From assembly GCA_963790475.1 (NCBI GenBank), contig CAWBOS010000010.1, positions 1 through 64,000 on the forward strand: 64,000 nucleotides of DNA. The letters are read 5' to 3'. The notes below the pieces were generated by a model. The model was given only the letters and a program-made list of their open reading frames with translations. It searched no databases and was not told the DNA's origin. The translations under genes and the position numbers were made by a program. Below, in pieces: positions 20,182 to 30,107 of this stretch. This DNA is from an uncultured delta proteobacterium (GTDB lineage Bacteria; Desulfobacterota; RBG-13-43-22). How positions within the stretch are numbered: the first letter of the stretch is position 1; each line of letters starts with the position of its first letter.

Positions 20182-20496
20182 ATGTCTTCCGATGATACTC
20201 TCAAAGATGGACCGGATTTTATATTACAAGTCAAAGACGAAATCCTGGAAGTCTTGAACCGGCTTCGGGAGACCACCGACCGGTTGCAAAGGGGCTTAGA
20301 AGTTCCCGGCGAAAAGGTCAATTCTCTCTTGGCCCGGGGGGAGGCCCTGGCTCAAAGAATCGGTTCTCTGCCGGGAATGGGGCAGGCCGGGGAAGAATTT
20401 TTGGTGCACGTCAATAAGATCGGTCAGGCCATAAAAGATCTTCAGAGTTTTGATGCTTTAAAAAAAGAAAATCTCATCACCGGCGTTAAATTCTAA
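20182..20496 (+). CDS. hypothetical helical protein
   Basis: ATG after AAGGA; amphipathic ~104 aa ORF. Confidence 0.5.
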   Translation: MSSDDTLKDGPDFILQVKDEILEVLNRLRETTDRLQRGLEVPGEKVNSLLARGEALAQRIGSLPGMGQAGEEFLVHVNKIGQAIKDLQSFDALKKENLITGVKF

Positions 20497-20764
20497 CCAA
20501 AGTATTTTGTAATTCCTCTGTTGCGGGTTCCGCGTTACAATTCTCAGATAAAGGATTAGGCCTTCTTAACCCGCCACGATAGTTAGGTCAGAGAGTAATT
20601 CTGAGGTTCAGCCGAGGGCCGGTTAGGGGGCGATTTTAAGGTTGCTTTATGATTAAAGATATGTTAAAGATAAAACCTAAAATTCGGAGTATCCCCTAAT
20701 TGAATCGTGACCGAAGTGGGTCAACCGCATACTCCCGGCAGTATGGATATGGAAAGGATGGGGA

Positions 20765-22612
20765 ATGAATAGAGCAGTTTTATTCAAGACGCTTTGTATC
20801 TCGGTTGTTTTTTTGGTCTCGGTCCTTTCAAATTCCTATGGTTTGACTCCCCCCAATCCCGTAGGACCCAAGTCCCCTCCGGTACCGGAATTGATGCCCG
20901 ATACCGATCCGATAATATCCAGTCCGTCTTCTTCACCGTCCAATCCATTAGAATTTGTCCCCCCTATCACCAAGGAGGAAGCCGATCCGGATAAGGGTAA
21001 TCCTGACCTTCCCCCTGTTGTTAAACCTTCCCGGGAAGAGATCAAGGAAAAGGTTATTCTTGAGCTGAAAGAACTTGAAAAGGGCAGGGATGAAAAAATA
21101 GAATTCCCCATGGTTATTAATGATCAGGTGGAATACTTTATTGACTATTTTCAAACCAAGCTTCGTAACCGATTTTCTATGTGGATGGGCCGTTCCACTC
21201 GATATATGTCGGTGATGAAAAAAATATTAAGGGAACACAACCTGCCCGAGGACCTGGTTTATCTGGCCATGATTGAAAGTGGTTTCAGCACCAAGGCTTA
21301 TTCCCGCGCTCATGCCGCCGGGCCTTGGCAATTTATTCGTGAAACGGGGGCTCGATACGGACTTCTGGTCAATGCCTGGGTGGATGAACGAAAAGACCCG
21401 ATTAAATCAACCCGGGCCGCCGCCCAACACTTGTCCGATCTATTTAACCGCTTTGGGTCCTGGTATCTGGCCGCGGCCGGATATAATGCCGGGGAAGGAA
21501 AAATTTCCAGGGCCTTGGCCATGTATAATGCCAGTAATTTTTGGGAAATCACGGCCGAGCATTGCCATTATATCAAAGAAGAAACCAAACAATATGTCCC
21601 CAAGATGATTGCCGCGGCCCTGATCGCCAAAGAACCCGGAAAGTACGGATTCGACAATATTTACTACCAGGCCCCCCTTTCTTTTGATGAGGCTGCCGTT
21701 CCGGGAAATGTGGAATTAAGAGATGTGGCGGCGGCCTGCGGTGTGAATGTGGAAACGATTGTTGAGTTGAACCCGGAATTGAAACGCTGGGTCACTCCCC
21801 CGGAAATTTCCAGCTATACGCTGCGCATCCCCGAAGGAACCAAAGAGAAACTCTTAGATAATTATGCGCAACTAATAAAACCGAAACCAGTCATCGTTTA
21901 TGCGGAACATCGGGTAAAAAAAGGGGAGCGCCTGGCTTCCATTTCCAAACGATATGGGGTCAAGACCAGCGTCATTGCCCGGGCCAATCGGATCAAGGTC
22001 CGCAGCCCGCTTAAGGCGGGTCTGGTTTTGTTGATACCAAAGAAAACCGAGGGCCACGGGGTTCCTTCTGACCTCGATCCGATCGATCAAGAGAACCAGG
22101 ATGAAAAAATTGTATCGAATCGAGTTTCCCGAAACAAGCGGGGAGGGAAAACTATTGTGGCCGCTAATAAACCAAACGAAAAAAAAGCCTCCCTCCATCG
22201 CTTTCGATACCAGATCAAGAGAGGGGATTCCCTGGTCTCCATAGCTGAAAAATTTGATGTTGAGATTTCGATGATCAAGAAGTGGAATAATGCCAAGGGA
22301 GGCCCCAAAATCCAACAAGGGAAAACTTTAACCCTGATTATAGCCAAAGGTATTCCGGACCGGGAAGGCCCCAAGAAAAACGGGAAATCCGGAAAATTAA
22401 ATCTCAAGAGGACAAAAGCGGAAACAGCCAGCCGGATAAAACTGGTTTGCTATACCGTCAAAAGAGGGGACAGCTTGGCTGAAATCGCTCAGAAGTTTAA
22501 TACCACCCCCCACCAAATTCGGAACTGGAACCGTCTTTCGGCCAAAGGTGCGATCAAACCGGGAGACAAACTCAATTTGAAATTAAAAAGACCCTCCGTC
22601 GAAAATATTTGA
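20765..22612 (+). CDS. mltD: lytic murein transglycosylase MltD-like with three LysM domains
   Basis: LAMIESG, AAGPWQF, YNAGEG and ETKQYVPK; LysM repeats HRVKKGE, YQIKRGDSL and YTVKRGDSL. Confidence 0.88.
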   Translation: MNRAVLFKTLCISVVFLVSVLSNSYGLTPPNPVGPKSPPVPELMPDTDPIISSPSSSPSNPLEFVPPITKEEADPDKGNPDLPPVVKPSREEIKEKVILELKELEKGRDEKIEFPMVINDQVEYFIDYFQTKLRNRFSMWMGRSTRYMSVMKKILREHNLPEDLVYLAMIESGFSTKAYSRAHAAGPWQFIRETGARYGLLVNAWVDERKDPIKSTRAAAQHLSDLFNRFGSWYLAAAGYNAGEGKISRALAMYNASNFWEITAEHCHYIKEETKQYVPKMIAAALIAKEPGKYGFDNIYYQAPLSFDEAAVPGNVELRDVAAACGVNVETIVELNPELKRWVTPPEISSYTLRIPEGTKEKLLDNYAQLIKPKPVIVYAEHRVKKGERLASISKRYGVKTSVIARANRIKVRSPLKAGLVLLIPKKTEGHGVPSDLDPIDQENQDEKIVSNRVSRNKRGGKTIVAANKPNEKKASLHRFRYQIKRGDSLVSIAEKFDVEISMIKKWNNAKGGPKIQQGKTLTLIIAKGIPDREGPKKNGKSGKLNLKRTKAETASRIKLVCYTVKRGDSLAEIAQKFNTTPHQIRNWNRLSAKGAIKPGDKLNLKLKRPSVENI

Positions 22613-22635
22613 TCTTTTCATTTAGTTTCCTCTTG

Positions 22636-22688
22636 AAATTTTCGCCTTCCTTGACCTTAGCCAAAATTGAACATTTTTCAAAGGTCTC
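22636..22688. repeat. partial MITE family B (right end)
   Basis: CTTCCTTGACCTT..CAAAATTGAA.ATTTTTCAAAG.TCTC matches the right end of 11157-11298. Confidence 0.7.
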
Positions 22689-22826
22689 AAATTAGGTTAG
22701 AAAGAAGCAGGCTTCCTGGGCAAGCCTGACGAGGGATGAGATAGGATTCAACACGGGGCAATAGGTTGTTAGATTTTCTAATTTTTTGATCTCCTATTGC
22801 CCCGTGACTATCCTCATATTTTTTTA

Positions 22827-23810
22827 CTACATGATCTTTTTAAATTCTTCTTCCAAGATCGGAACTACTTCGAAAAGATCCCCGACAATACCATAATCGG
22901 CCTTCTGAAATATCGGAGCATCAGGATCTTTATTGACGGCCACGATAACCTTGGAAGAGCCCATACCGGCCAGATGCTGAATGGCCCCTGAAATACCGCA
23001 GGCAATATAAAGATTGGGATTGACCACTTTGCCGGTTTGGCCGACCTGGTCACTCTGGGGTCTCCATCCGGCGTCTACGGCCGAGCGGGAGGCACCGACC
23101 GTCGCGCCGATCACATCCGCCAATTTTTCCAAAATCGCGAAGTTCTCCGCCTCTTTCATGCCCCGGCCGCCTGATACGATACAAGAGGCTTCGGTCAGAT
23201 CCACCTTGCCGCTTTGATCGGCAAGTTCTTCCACCAGGGTAGTCCGCAGGTCTTCGGGCTTAATGGAAACTGAAACCGTTACCATCTCAGCGGTTCGAGC
23301 GGTATCGGGCTCCAGGATCGAAAAAACATTCGGACGGCAGGAGGCCATCTGGGGCCGGGCGGTTTCACTGATCACATCAGCATAGACTTTGCCGGCATAC
23401 ATGGGGCGTTTGGCGATCAACAACCCGTCTTCCAGGCGCAGGGCCACACAGTCCATGGCCAATCCTGTTTCCAAGCGGGCCGCTAGTTTGGCTGCCAACT
23501 CTTTTCCCTGTTGGCTGGCCCCACACAAAACGATATCCGGTTCCTGGGCTTTAATAAGATCACTTAAAACCGCTGTATAGGATTCCGGAGTATAGGCCTT
23601 CAATTCAGGGGCATCGGCCACATAAATGGTATCGGGCCCGTAGCAAGCCAGCTTTTTTGCTTCTTCGGTGATTTGATGACCTAAAATGACGGCTGCCAAA
23701 GGCTGCCCTGATTGATCGGCCAGACGCCGTCCTTCACTTGCCAGTTCAAACGATATCTTGCGGAGGGTCCCCCCTCTCTGTTCTGCGATGATTAATATTC
23801 CTTTTGCCAT
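22827..23810 (-). CDS. etfA: electron transfer flavoprotein alpha subunit
   Basis: VSGGRG, GASRSAVD, QVGQTGK and GISGAIQHLAG. Confidence 0.95.
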   Translation of the reverse strand: MAKGILIIAEQRGGTLRKISFELASEGRRLADQSGQPLAAVILGHQITEEAKKLACYGPDTIYVADAPELKAYTPESYTAVLSDLIKAQEPDIVLCGASQQGKELAAKLAARLETGLAMDCVALRLEDGLLIAKRPMYAGKVYADVISETARPQMASCRPNVFSILEPDTARTAEMVTVSVSIKPEDLRTTLVEELADQSGKVDLTEASCIVSGGRGMKEAENFAILEKLADVIGATVGASRSAVDAGWRPQSDQVGQTGKVVNPNLYIACGISGAIQHLAGMGSSKVIVAVNKDPDAPIFQKADYGIVGDLFEVVPILEEEFKKIM

Positions 23811-23826
23811 AGCCTTTTCTCCTTCG

Positions 23827-24621
23827 CTAAATAATTTTGGCTTCTTCACGTAATAGTTTTACCAGGATCGTTCCTTTTTCCTGGGCTGTTTCTCCGTCAA
23901 TAATCCTGCCCCCTTTGCGTTCGGGGGGTGGGGTTAAGGCTCTGATCTTCAGCTTGGAACCCAGTTGGCCCACCTGATCGGGAGAAAGGCCTAAATCAGC
24001 CAATTTCTTAGCTGCCAAAGGCTTTTTCTTGGCCTTCATGATTCCCGGCAACGAAGCGTAGCGGGGTTCATTCAAGCCCTTTTGAGTGGTAATTAAAGCC
24101 GGCAAGGGGGCTTCAAAGACCCAACTGGCTCCTTCTACCGGCCGTTGCACTTTTACTTTAGCTTTGTCATCAGAAATTTCCACTTTGGTTATAACCGACA
24201 ATAATGGGATTTGTAACAATTCGGATAACGCCGCCCCTACCTGGGCATTATCGTCATCCACGGCTCTCTGACCGCAGAAAATAAGATCAAAAGGGACGCC
24301 TTTAACGGCCGCGGCCAGGACACGGGCGGTGGCCAAGGCATCTCCGCCATCGGCTGCAGGGTCATCTACATGGATGGCCTCATCCGCCCCCATAGCCAAA
24401 GCGGTCCGCAAGGATTCGACTACTCTCTGAGGACCGACCCCGATCACGGTGACTTTGCCTCCGGCTTTTTCCTTAATCCGCAGGGCTTCTTCTACCCCAA
24501 ATTCATCATAAGGGTTCATAACCCATTTGATGTCGGCGGTTTGGATCCCTTTGCCTCCGGAATCGATCTTAATCTGGGCTTCAGTATCCGGGACTTGTTT
24601 GATGCAGACCAATATATTCAC
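23827..24621 (-). CDS. etfB: electron transfer flavoprotein beta subunit
   Basis: CIKQVPDT, NPYDEFGVE, LAMGAD and NEPRYASL. Confidence 0.95.
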   Translation of the reverse strand: MNILVCIKQVPDTEAQIKIDSGGKGIQTADIKWVMNPYDEFGVEEALRIKEKAGGKVTVIGVGPQRVVESLRTALAMGADEAIHVDDPAADGGDALATARVLAAAVKGVPFDLIFCGQRAVDDDNAQVGAALSELLQIPLLSVITKVEISDDKAKVKVQRPVEGASWVFEAPLPALITTQKGLNEPRYASLPGIMKAKKKPLAAKKLADLGLSPDQVGQLGSKLKIRALTPPPERKGGRIIDGETAQEKGTILVKLLREEAKII

Positions 24622-24725
24622 GTCTTCCTCCTTTTCTGCCCTTCCTGATAAATGGTTTGGAAGGATTGGTATTTATTTTACTTTTTCCCCGTTTAATTCC
24701 TTGGGGCCTCGCCTGAGTCCGTTTG

Positions 24726-24780
24726 TGAATGTAATCTCATTCAGAATATAGGATATAGTCAAGGTTTTTTTTCGTGTCAA
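24726..24780 (-). promoter_or_regulatory. etfBA promoter with TGAATG-N6-CATTCA operator
   Basis: minus-strand TTGACA (24780-24775)-17 bp-TATATC; perfect inverted repeat at 24726-24743 just downstream. Confidence 0.6.
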
Positions 24781-25276
24781 GTTTTTATTTTTTCCCGGGG
24801 TGGATTACGGTTGACAAAATTGCCATTGTCTATCAAAATTAACATGTGGGACTACCCGACGCTGGGTGGTAAACGCTCCATGGTTTGTATCTCTGAGTCA
24901 AATCTCTTGACAGGGTCCAGTAACTTATATTATTTCTATATCTTTATTAATCAATAAATGTGTTAAGAATATCGCAACCTCTGTCACCCCGGGGGACCCC
25001 GGATCGGGTCCGAGGAAATGCCAGGGTCGGGGTCCAGACGACGTCCATACGAAAGTGGGAAACCATGGCCAAGAATATGGCTTCCAGCTTTTGGCGGAAT
25101 GGCGTCTCGGGATTTTTGAAGAAAGTTTAAACAGGGTCCCCCATGGCCCACGATCTTCGATCGTTTAAAAAAAGTCAAGGAGGTGAATTAAGGATTAATA
25201 AGAGTAGAAAACGAAACCGGGAATAACTGAATCCAAAAGAGCCTCGATTTTTTAAGAACGAAAAAAGGAGAAATTT

Positions 25277-26482
25277 ATGAAAAAAAAATATTTGGCTTTA
25301 TTCGTCGCCTTACTGTTATCCTTGGCATTGACTGGTTCTTTGTCAGCAGCCGAACCCATCAAGATCGGATTTGTAGCCTCCATTACCGGAGGGGCTTCGT
25401 GGTTAGGTGAACCGGAAAAAAATACGGCCCTTATGGTTCAGGATTGGGTCAATGCCGCCGGCGGAATCAACGGACGGCCTCTTCAAATCATTATTGAAGA
25501 TTCCAAAGGCGATCCCAGTGCAGCCGTGCTGGCCACCAAGAAGCTGATTGAAAATGACAATGTGGTTGTGATTATCGGGTCTTCCACTTCAGGGGAATCC
25601 ATGGCTATGGCCAATATTTGTGAAAAAGTTCCGATCCCCATGATCTCTATGGCGGCCGCCAGTCAGATTGTCACTCCGGCGGAAGAATATAAGCGGATGA
25701 TCAGCAGTCCCACCTCCGCTTTTGAGACCCCTAAGGTTCAACGTCCCTGGATTTTTAAAACTCCTCAAGCTGACACCTTAGCAGTTGAAGCGATATACAC
25801 CTTCATGAAACAGAAAGGTATCAACAAGGTAGGGATCATCACGGTCACTGACGGCTTTGGAAGTTCCGGGAGGGGGGAATTAAAAAGACTGACTCCCAAA
25901 TATGGTATCACCATCGTTGCCGACGAAGTTTATGGCCCCAAAGATTCGGATATGACTGCCCAGCTCACGCGGATCAAGGCTGCCGGGGCGCAGGCTGTTA
26001 TCAACTGGTCTGTGGGACCGACCCAGGTTGTGGTGATGAAAAACTGGAAAGCCCTGGCCATGGGAATTCCTCTTTATCAGAGTCACGGTTTTGGAAGCAA
26101 AGAGAACATTAAATTAGCCGGCGGTGCTGCTGAAGGGGTAATCGCTCCCCTGGACAGGGTGGTGGGATGGGAAAAACTACCGAAAAACAATCCCCAGTAT
26201 CCGGTTGTTTCCAAATATGTCCCAGAATATGAAAAACGCTTTAAGACCGAAGTGTCCACCTTCGGGGGGCATGCCTATGATGCCATCTATATGGTCGTCG
26301 ATGCCCTGAAGAAAGTTGGGACCGATAAGGCCAAGATACGCGATTATCTGGAAAATAACATCAAAAAATGGCCGGGAACTGGCGGTGTTTTCAATATGTC
26401 GCCCAAAGATCATACCGGTCTGGATCGTACGGCCTTTGAAATGATCACCGTTAAGAACGGCGATTGGGCATTAGCCAAATAG
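25277..26482 (+). CDS. branched-chain amino acid (HAAT) ABC transporter substrate-binding protein
   Basis: signal peptide; IKIG, GGINGRPL and AYDA. Confidence 0.9.
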   Translation: MKKKYLALFVALLLSLALTGSLSAAEPIKIGFVASITGGASWLGEPEKNTALMVQDWVNAAGGINGRPLQIIIEDSKGDPSAAVLATKKLIENDNVVVIIGSSTSGESMAMANICEKVPIPMISMAAASQIVTPAEEYKRMISSPTSAFETPKVQRPWIFKTPQADTLAVEAIYTFMKQKGINKVGIITVTDGFGSSGRGELKRLTPKYGITIVADEVYGPKDSDMTAQLTRIKAAGAQAVINWSVGPTQVVVMKNWKALAMGIPLYQSHGFGSKENIKLAGGAAEGVIAPLDRVVGWEKLPKNNPQYPVVSKYVPEYEKRFKTEVSTFGGHAYDAIYMVVDALKKVGTDKAKIRDYLENNIKKWPGTGGVFNMSPKDHTGLDRTAFEMITVKNGDWALAK

Positions 26483-26485
26483 AAT

Positions 26486-26596
26486 AGGCGAGAGGCACGA
26501 GGCTTGAGGCGAGAGGAGGAAAGAAACCGGATTAAATTATCTGGGGTTGTTGCTTTTTCCTTTTGCCTCATGCCTCTCGCCTCACGCCTCGCGCCT
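26486..26596. repeat. period-7 inverted repeat (AGGCNNG)n...(NNGCCT)n
   Basis: aggcgag aggcacg aggcttg aggcgag / gcctcat gcctctc gcctcac gcctcgc gcct. Confidence 0.75.
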
Positions 26597-26608
26597 TGAA
26601 AGAGATCG

Positions 26609-27501
26609 ATGGACCTTCAGAGTCAGATCGTTCAATATTTGGTATCCGGACTAACCCTGGGCAGTATTTATGCCATGGTCGGGTTGGGTTTCACCATCAT
26701 TTACAATGCCACCGGGATCATCAATCTGGCTCAGGGTGAATTTGTCATGCTGGGCGGACTGATCATGGTTTCTTTGACAGCAACCTTAAGGATTCCGATG
26801 GTCCCGGCTTTTTTTATTACCTTGGCCTTAGTCACGGTTGTTGGAATTATTTATGAACGGGTGTTTATCAACCCCCTGAAACAAACCTCGTTGATTACCC
26901 TGATTATTGTCACCGTGGCTGTTTCCATTTTCTTCCGCGGCATCGCCATGTTTATTTGGGGAAAGGAGCCTTATAGCCTCCCCCCTTTTCTTCCGGAAAG
27001 CCTATCATGATCGCCGGGGCGGCTATTCTACCGCAAATACTTTGGGTCATAGGGCTATCCCTTCTTTCTGTTATCCTGATGAATCTGTTTTTTAACCGGA
27101 CCATAACCGGTAAGGCCATGAGCGCCTGCGCCGGAAATCGCCTGGCGGCCAGCCTGGTGGGCATCAATGTTTCCAGGATGATCCTTCTTTCCTTTGCCCT
27201 CAGCGCCACTCTGGGGGCCATCGCCGGTGCCAGCATCACACCCATCGCCTTGATGGAATATGACCGGGGTCCCTTGCTGGCCCTGAAAGGATTCTGCGCC
27301 GCTGTTCTGGGGGGTTTGGGATTGGGCACCGGTGCGGTGGTAGCCGGGTTCATTATCGGGATTATCGAGTCCTTCTCCGCCGGTTTTATTTCATCGGGCT
27401 TCAAGGACGCTATCGCCCTGATCATTTTGATTTTAGTCCTTTTCATAAAACCCAGCGGAATATTCGGCAGTGAAGAAGTGGGGAAGGTAAAACAGTTCTA
27501 A
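26609..27501 (+). CDS. livH: HAAT ABC permease LivH, one frameshift near 26990
   Basis: GSIYA..GIINLAQGEF in the first ORF and AAVLGGLG..KPSGIFG in the second; one T missing in a homopolymer rejoins them. Confidence 0.85.
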
Positions 27502-27511
27502 GGGCCTGCCT

Positions 27512-28462
27512 ATGGGGAGAAGAAACTATTTAAAACTTCTGGGATTGAGCCTGGCCGTGGCCGGAGTTCCTCTGTTTATTCGTGGTGATTATTACCTGAG
27601 CATCCTTGTTTTTATGGGCCTGAACAGCCTGATCGTCATGGGACTAAGCCTGCTTATGGGCTATGCCGGGCAGATTTCTCTGGGACATGCCGCCTTTTAT
27701 GGAATCGGGGCCTATTGTACGGGGGTTTTGACAACCCAATTCGGATTATCCATTTATCTCTCTTTTCTCGCCGGGATCATTTTGTCCATTCTGATGGCCA
27801 TCATCGTAGGCATTCCGGCCTTGCGCCTCAAGGGGCATTATCTGGCCGTGGCCACGCTGGGAATCGGGGAAATTGTTTTTATTATTTTTAATGAGTGGAT
27901 GCAATTTACGGGGGGGCCGTCGGGCCTGTCCAATATCCCGGGTATCCACCTGGGGAATTTTCAATTCAATACCAGTTTTCGGTTTTATTACCTGGTCTGG
28001 GGAATTAACCTCCTGGCCCTCTTTTTTTCATTGAACGTAATTCATTCCCGGGTCGGCCGTGCCCTTCGTTCCATGCACGGCAGCGAAACCGCCGCCAGTG
28101 CCATGGGGGTAAATCTCTCCTTTTTGAAAATACAGGTTTTTGTCCTGAGCGCGGTCTTTGCCTCTATTTCCGGAAGCCTTTATGCCCACTTTGTTTCCTT
28201 TATTTCTCCCAATAATTTCGGGCTGATGGTTTCCATCATGTTCCTGATGATGGGCGTTATCGGGGGTATCCACAATATTTGGGGTGCCCTGTTAGGGGCT
28301 TCCTTGTTGACTTTCCTGCCGGAGTATCTGCGGATCTTCAATCAATACGACATCCTGGTTTATGGGGCTATTCTTTTGGCCATCTTATTATTCATGCCCG
28401 AGGGACTCTTAGAAGGCACACCGGCGTTATTCCGAAAACTGTTCGGGAAAAGAAAGACCTGA
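27512..28462 (+). CDS. livM: HAAT ABC permease LivM
   Basis: GYAGQISLGHAAF, LRLKGHYLAVATL and TGGPSG. Confidence 0.92.
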   Translation: MGRRNYLKLLGLSLAVAGVPLFIRGDYYLSILVFMGLNSLIVMGLSLLMGYAGQISLGHAAFYGIGAYCTGVLTTQFGLSIYLSFLAGIILSILMAIIVGIPALRLKGHYLAVATLGIGEIVFIIFNEWMQFTGGPSGLSNIPGIHLGNFQFNTSFRFYYLVWGINLLALFFSLNVIHSRVGRALRSMHGSETAASAMGVNLSFLKIQVFVLSAVFASISGSLYAHFVSFISPNNFGLMVSIMFLMMGVIGGIHNIWGALLGASLLTFLPEYLRIFNQYDILVYGAILLAILLFMPEGLLEGTPALFRKLFGKRKT

Positions 28463-28464
28463 TT

Positions 28465-29241
28465 TTGGCCGAACCTCTATTAAAGATCAAAAACCTGAAA
28501 AAGGCCTTTGGCGGTCTGATGGCTATTGTCGATTTATCCCTGGAGGTTGAATCCGGCCGGATCAAATCGGTCATCGGTCCCAATGGTGCGGGGAAAACCA
28601 CTCTTTTCAATCTGATCACCGGTGTTCATCCGGTTTCTGCCGGGCAGATAGTTTTCCAGGGGAAGGATATTACCAGTCAGAAACCCCATTATATTGCCAG
28701 AATGGGTATTTCCAGAACCTTTCAAACCATCGAACTCTTTGGAAACATGAATGTTCTGGAAAACGTTATGGTAGGCTGCCATAGCCGTTTTAAGAGCGGT
28801 TTGCTGGCCTCGGGTTTGCGTCTTCCCCGGATGAAAAGGGAGGAAACCGATATTTTTGAAAATTCCTTAAGATTACTGGAGAGAACCGGGCTGGCTTCCA
28901 AAGCGAGTCTTCCTTCCGGCAGCCTTCCCCTGGGAGAACAAAAGACCCTGGAGGTCCTGAGGGCTTTGGCTTCAGAACCCCGATTGCTGCTCCTCGATGA
29001 ACCGGCGGCCGGACTCAATGAATCGGAAACGGACCGGATGTCGGAACTGATTTACGCTATCCGGGACCAGGGGATCACCATCCTTCTGGTGGAACACGAC
29101 ATGCGGTTAGTGATGAAGGTTTCTGATGAGATCGTAGTGGTCAACTATGGACAGAAGATTGCCGAAGGTCCCCCGGATGTGGTTCAAAATGATCCCCTGG
29201 TGATTGAGGCCTATCTGGGCGGGGAGACAGAGTATGCTTAA
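28465..29241 (+). CDS. livG: HAAT ABC ATPase LivG
   Basis: FGGL, GPNGAGKTT, LLDEPAAG, VEHDM and VIEAYLG. Confidence 0.92.
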   Translation: MAEPLLKIKNLKKAFGGLMAIVDLSLEVESGRIKSVIGPNGAGKTTLFNLITGVHPVSAGQIVFQGKDITSQKPHYIARMGISRTFQTIELFGNMNVLENVMVGCHSRFKSGLLASGLRLPRMKREETDIFENSLRLLERTGLASKASLPSGSLPLGEQKTLEVLRALASEPRLLLLDEPAAGLNESETDRMSELIYAIRDQGITILLVEHDMRLVMKVSDEIVVVNYGQKIAEGPPDVVQNDPLVIEAYLGGETEYA

Positions 29242-29947
29242 TCTGGAAGGGATTAATGCCTACTACGGCACTATTCAGGCCTTAAAGAATATCTCTCTTA
29301 AAGTGGGTGCCGGTGATATCGTCACCATCATCGGGGCCAATGGGGCCGGAAAGACCACTTTGCTAAAGGCCATATCCGGTGTGATTCAATCCCAAAGCGG
29401 AGCCATCTGGTATCAGGGAACCAATATTGTTCAATGTTCTTCTGCTAAAATCGTTTCTTTGGGGATTTCCCAGGTCCCGGAAGGCCGGCAGTTGTTTTCC
29501 CACCTGACCGTGTCGGACAATTTGCATCTGGGAGCTTATCTGTACCACAATCGCAAATTTAAAAATGAAATCAAAGAGAAGCTCGATTCGATTTATGATT
29601 TATTTCCAATTTTGAGGAAACGGGCCAAGCAATTGGCCGGAACCATGAGCGGCGGAGAACAACAGATGGTGGCCATTGCCAGGGCTTTGATGTCCCGTCC
29701 CAAGCTTCTTCTTCTCGATGAACCCTCTATGGGTCTCGCTCCCCTGTTCGTTCATGAAATCTTCAAGGTGATCCGCCGTCTCAATGATCATGGGACGACC
29801 ATTCTCTTAGTGGAACAAAATGCCCGGGCCGCTCTGCAGGTCGCCCAATACGGCTACGTCCTGGAAACCGGCACTGTAGCCCTGGAAGGTCCGGCTCAGC
29901 AGCTTCTGGCGGATGACAAGGTTCGCCGGGCCTATCTGGGCAAATGA
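29234..29947 (+). CDS. livF: HAAT ABC ATPase LivF
   Basis: GANGAGKTT, VPEGR, SGGEQQM and LLDEPSMGL. Confidence 0.93.
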   Translation: MLNLEGINAYYGTIQALKNISLKVGAGDIVTIIGANGAGKTTLLKAISGVIQSQSGAIWYQGTNIVQCSSAKIVSLGISQVPEGRQLFSHLTVSDNLHLGAYLYHNRKFKNEIKEKLDSIYDLFPILRKRAKQLAGTMSGGEQQMVAIARALMSRPKLLLLDEPSMGLAPLFVHEIFKVIRRLNDHGTTILLVEQNARAALQVAQYGYVLETGTVALEGPAQQLLADDKVRRAYLGK

Positions 29948-30107
29948 GCTTCTTGAGATTATCTTTAATAAAGGGTCAGTGTCGATTTAAGGATTCAAGG
30001 GATTAAAGGATTAAAGGTCCCTGGTCTAAGGCCGCACCCTGAACCCTTATATCGATCATTTCCTTGAGTTCTCGAATCCTTGACCTCTTAGCTTCTTTGT
30101 GACGGCC

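Noticed and set aside
20680-20745. c-di-AMP or other riboswitch upstream of mltD
   Set aside because: A GGAGTAT..ATACTCC hairpin exists, but I could not match any riboswitch consensus
26980-27010. Programmed frameshift or genuinely split livH
   Set aside because: A single missing base in a homopolymer explains it; most likely sequencing error
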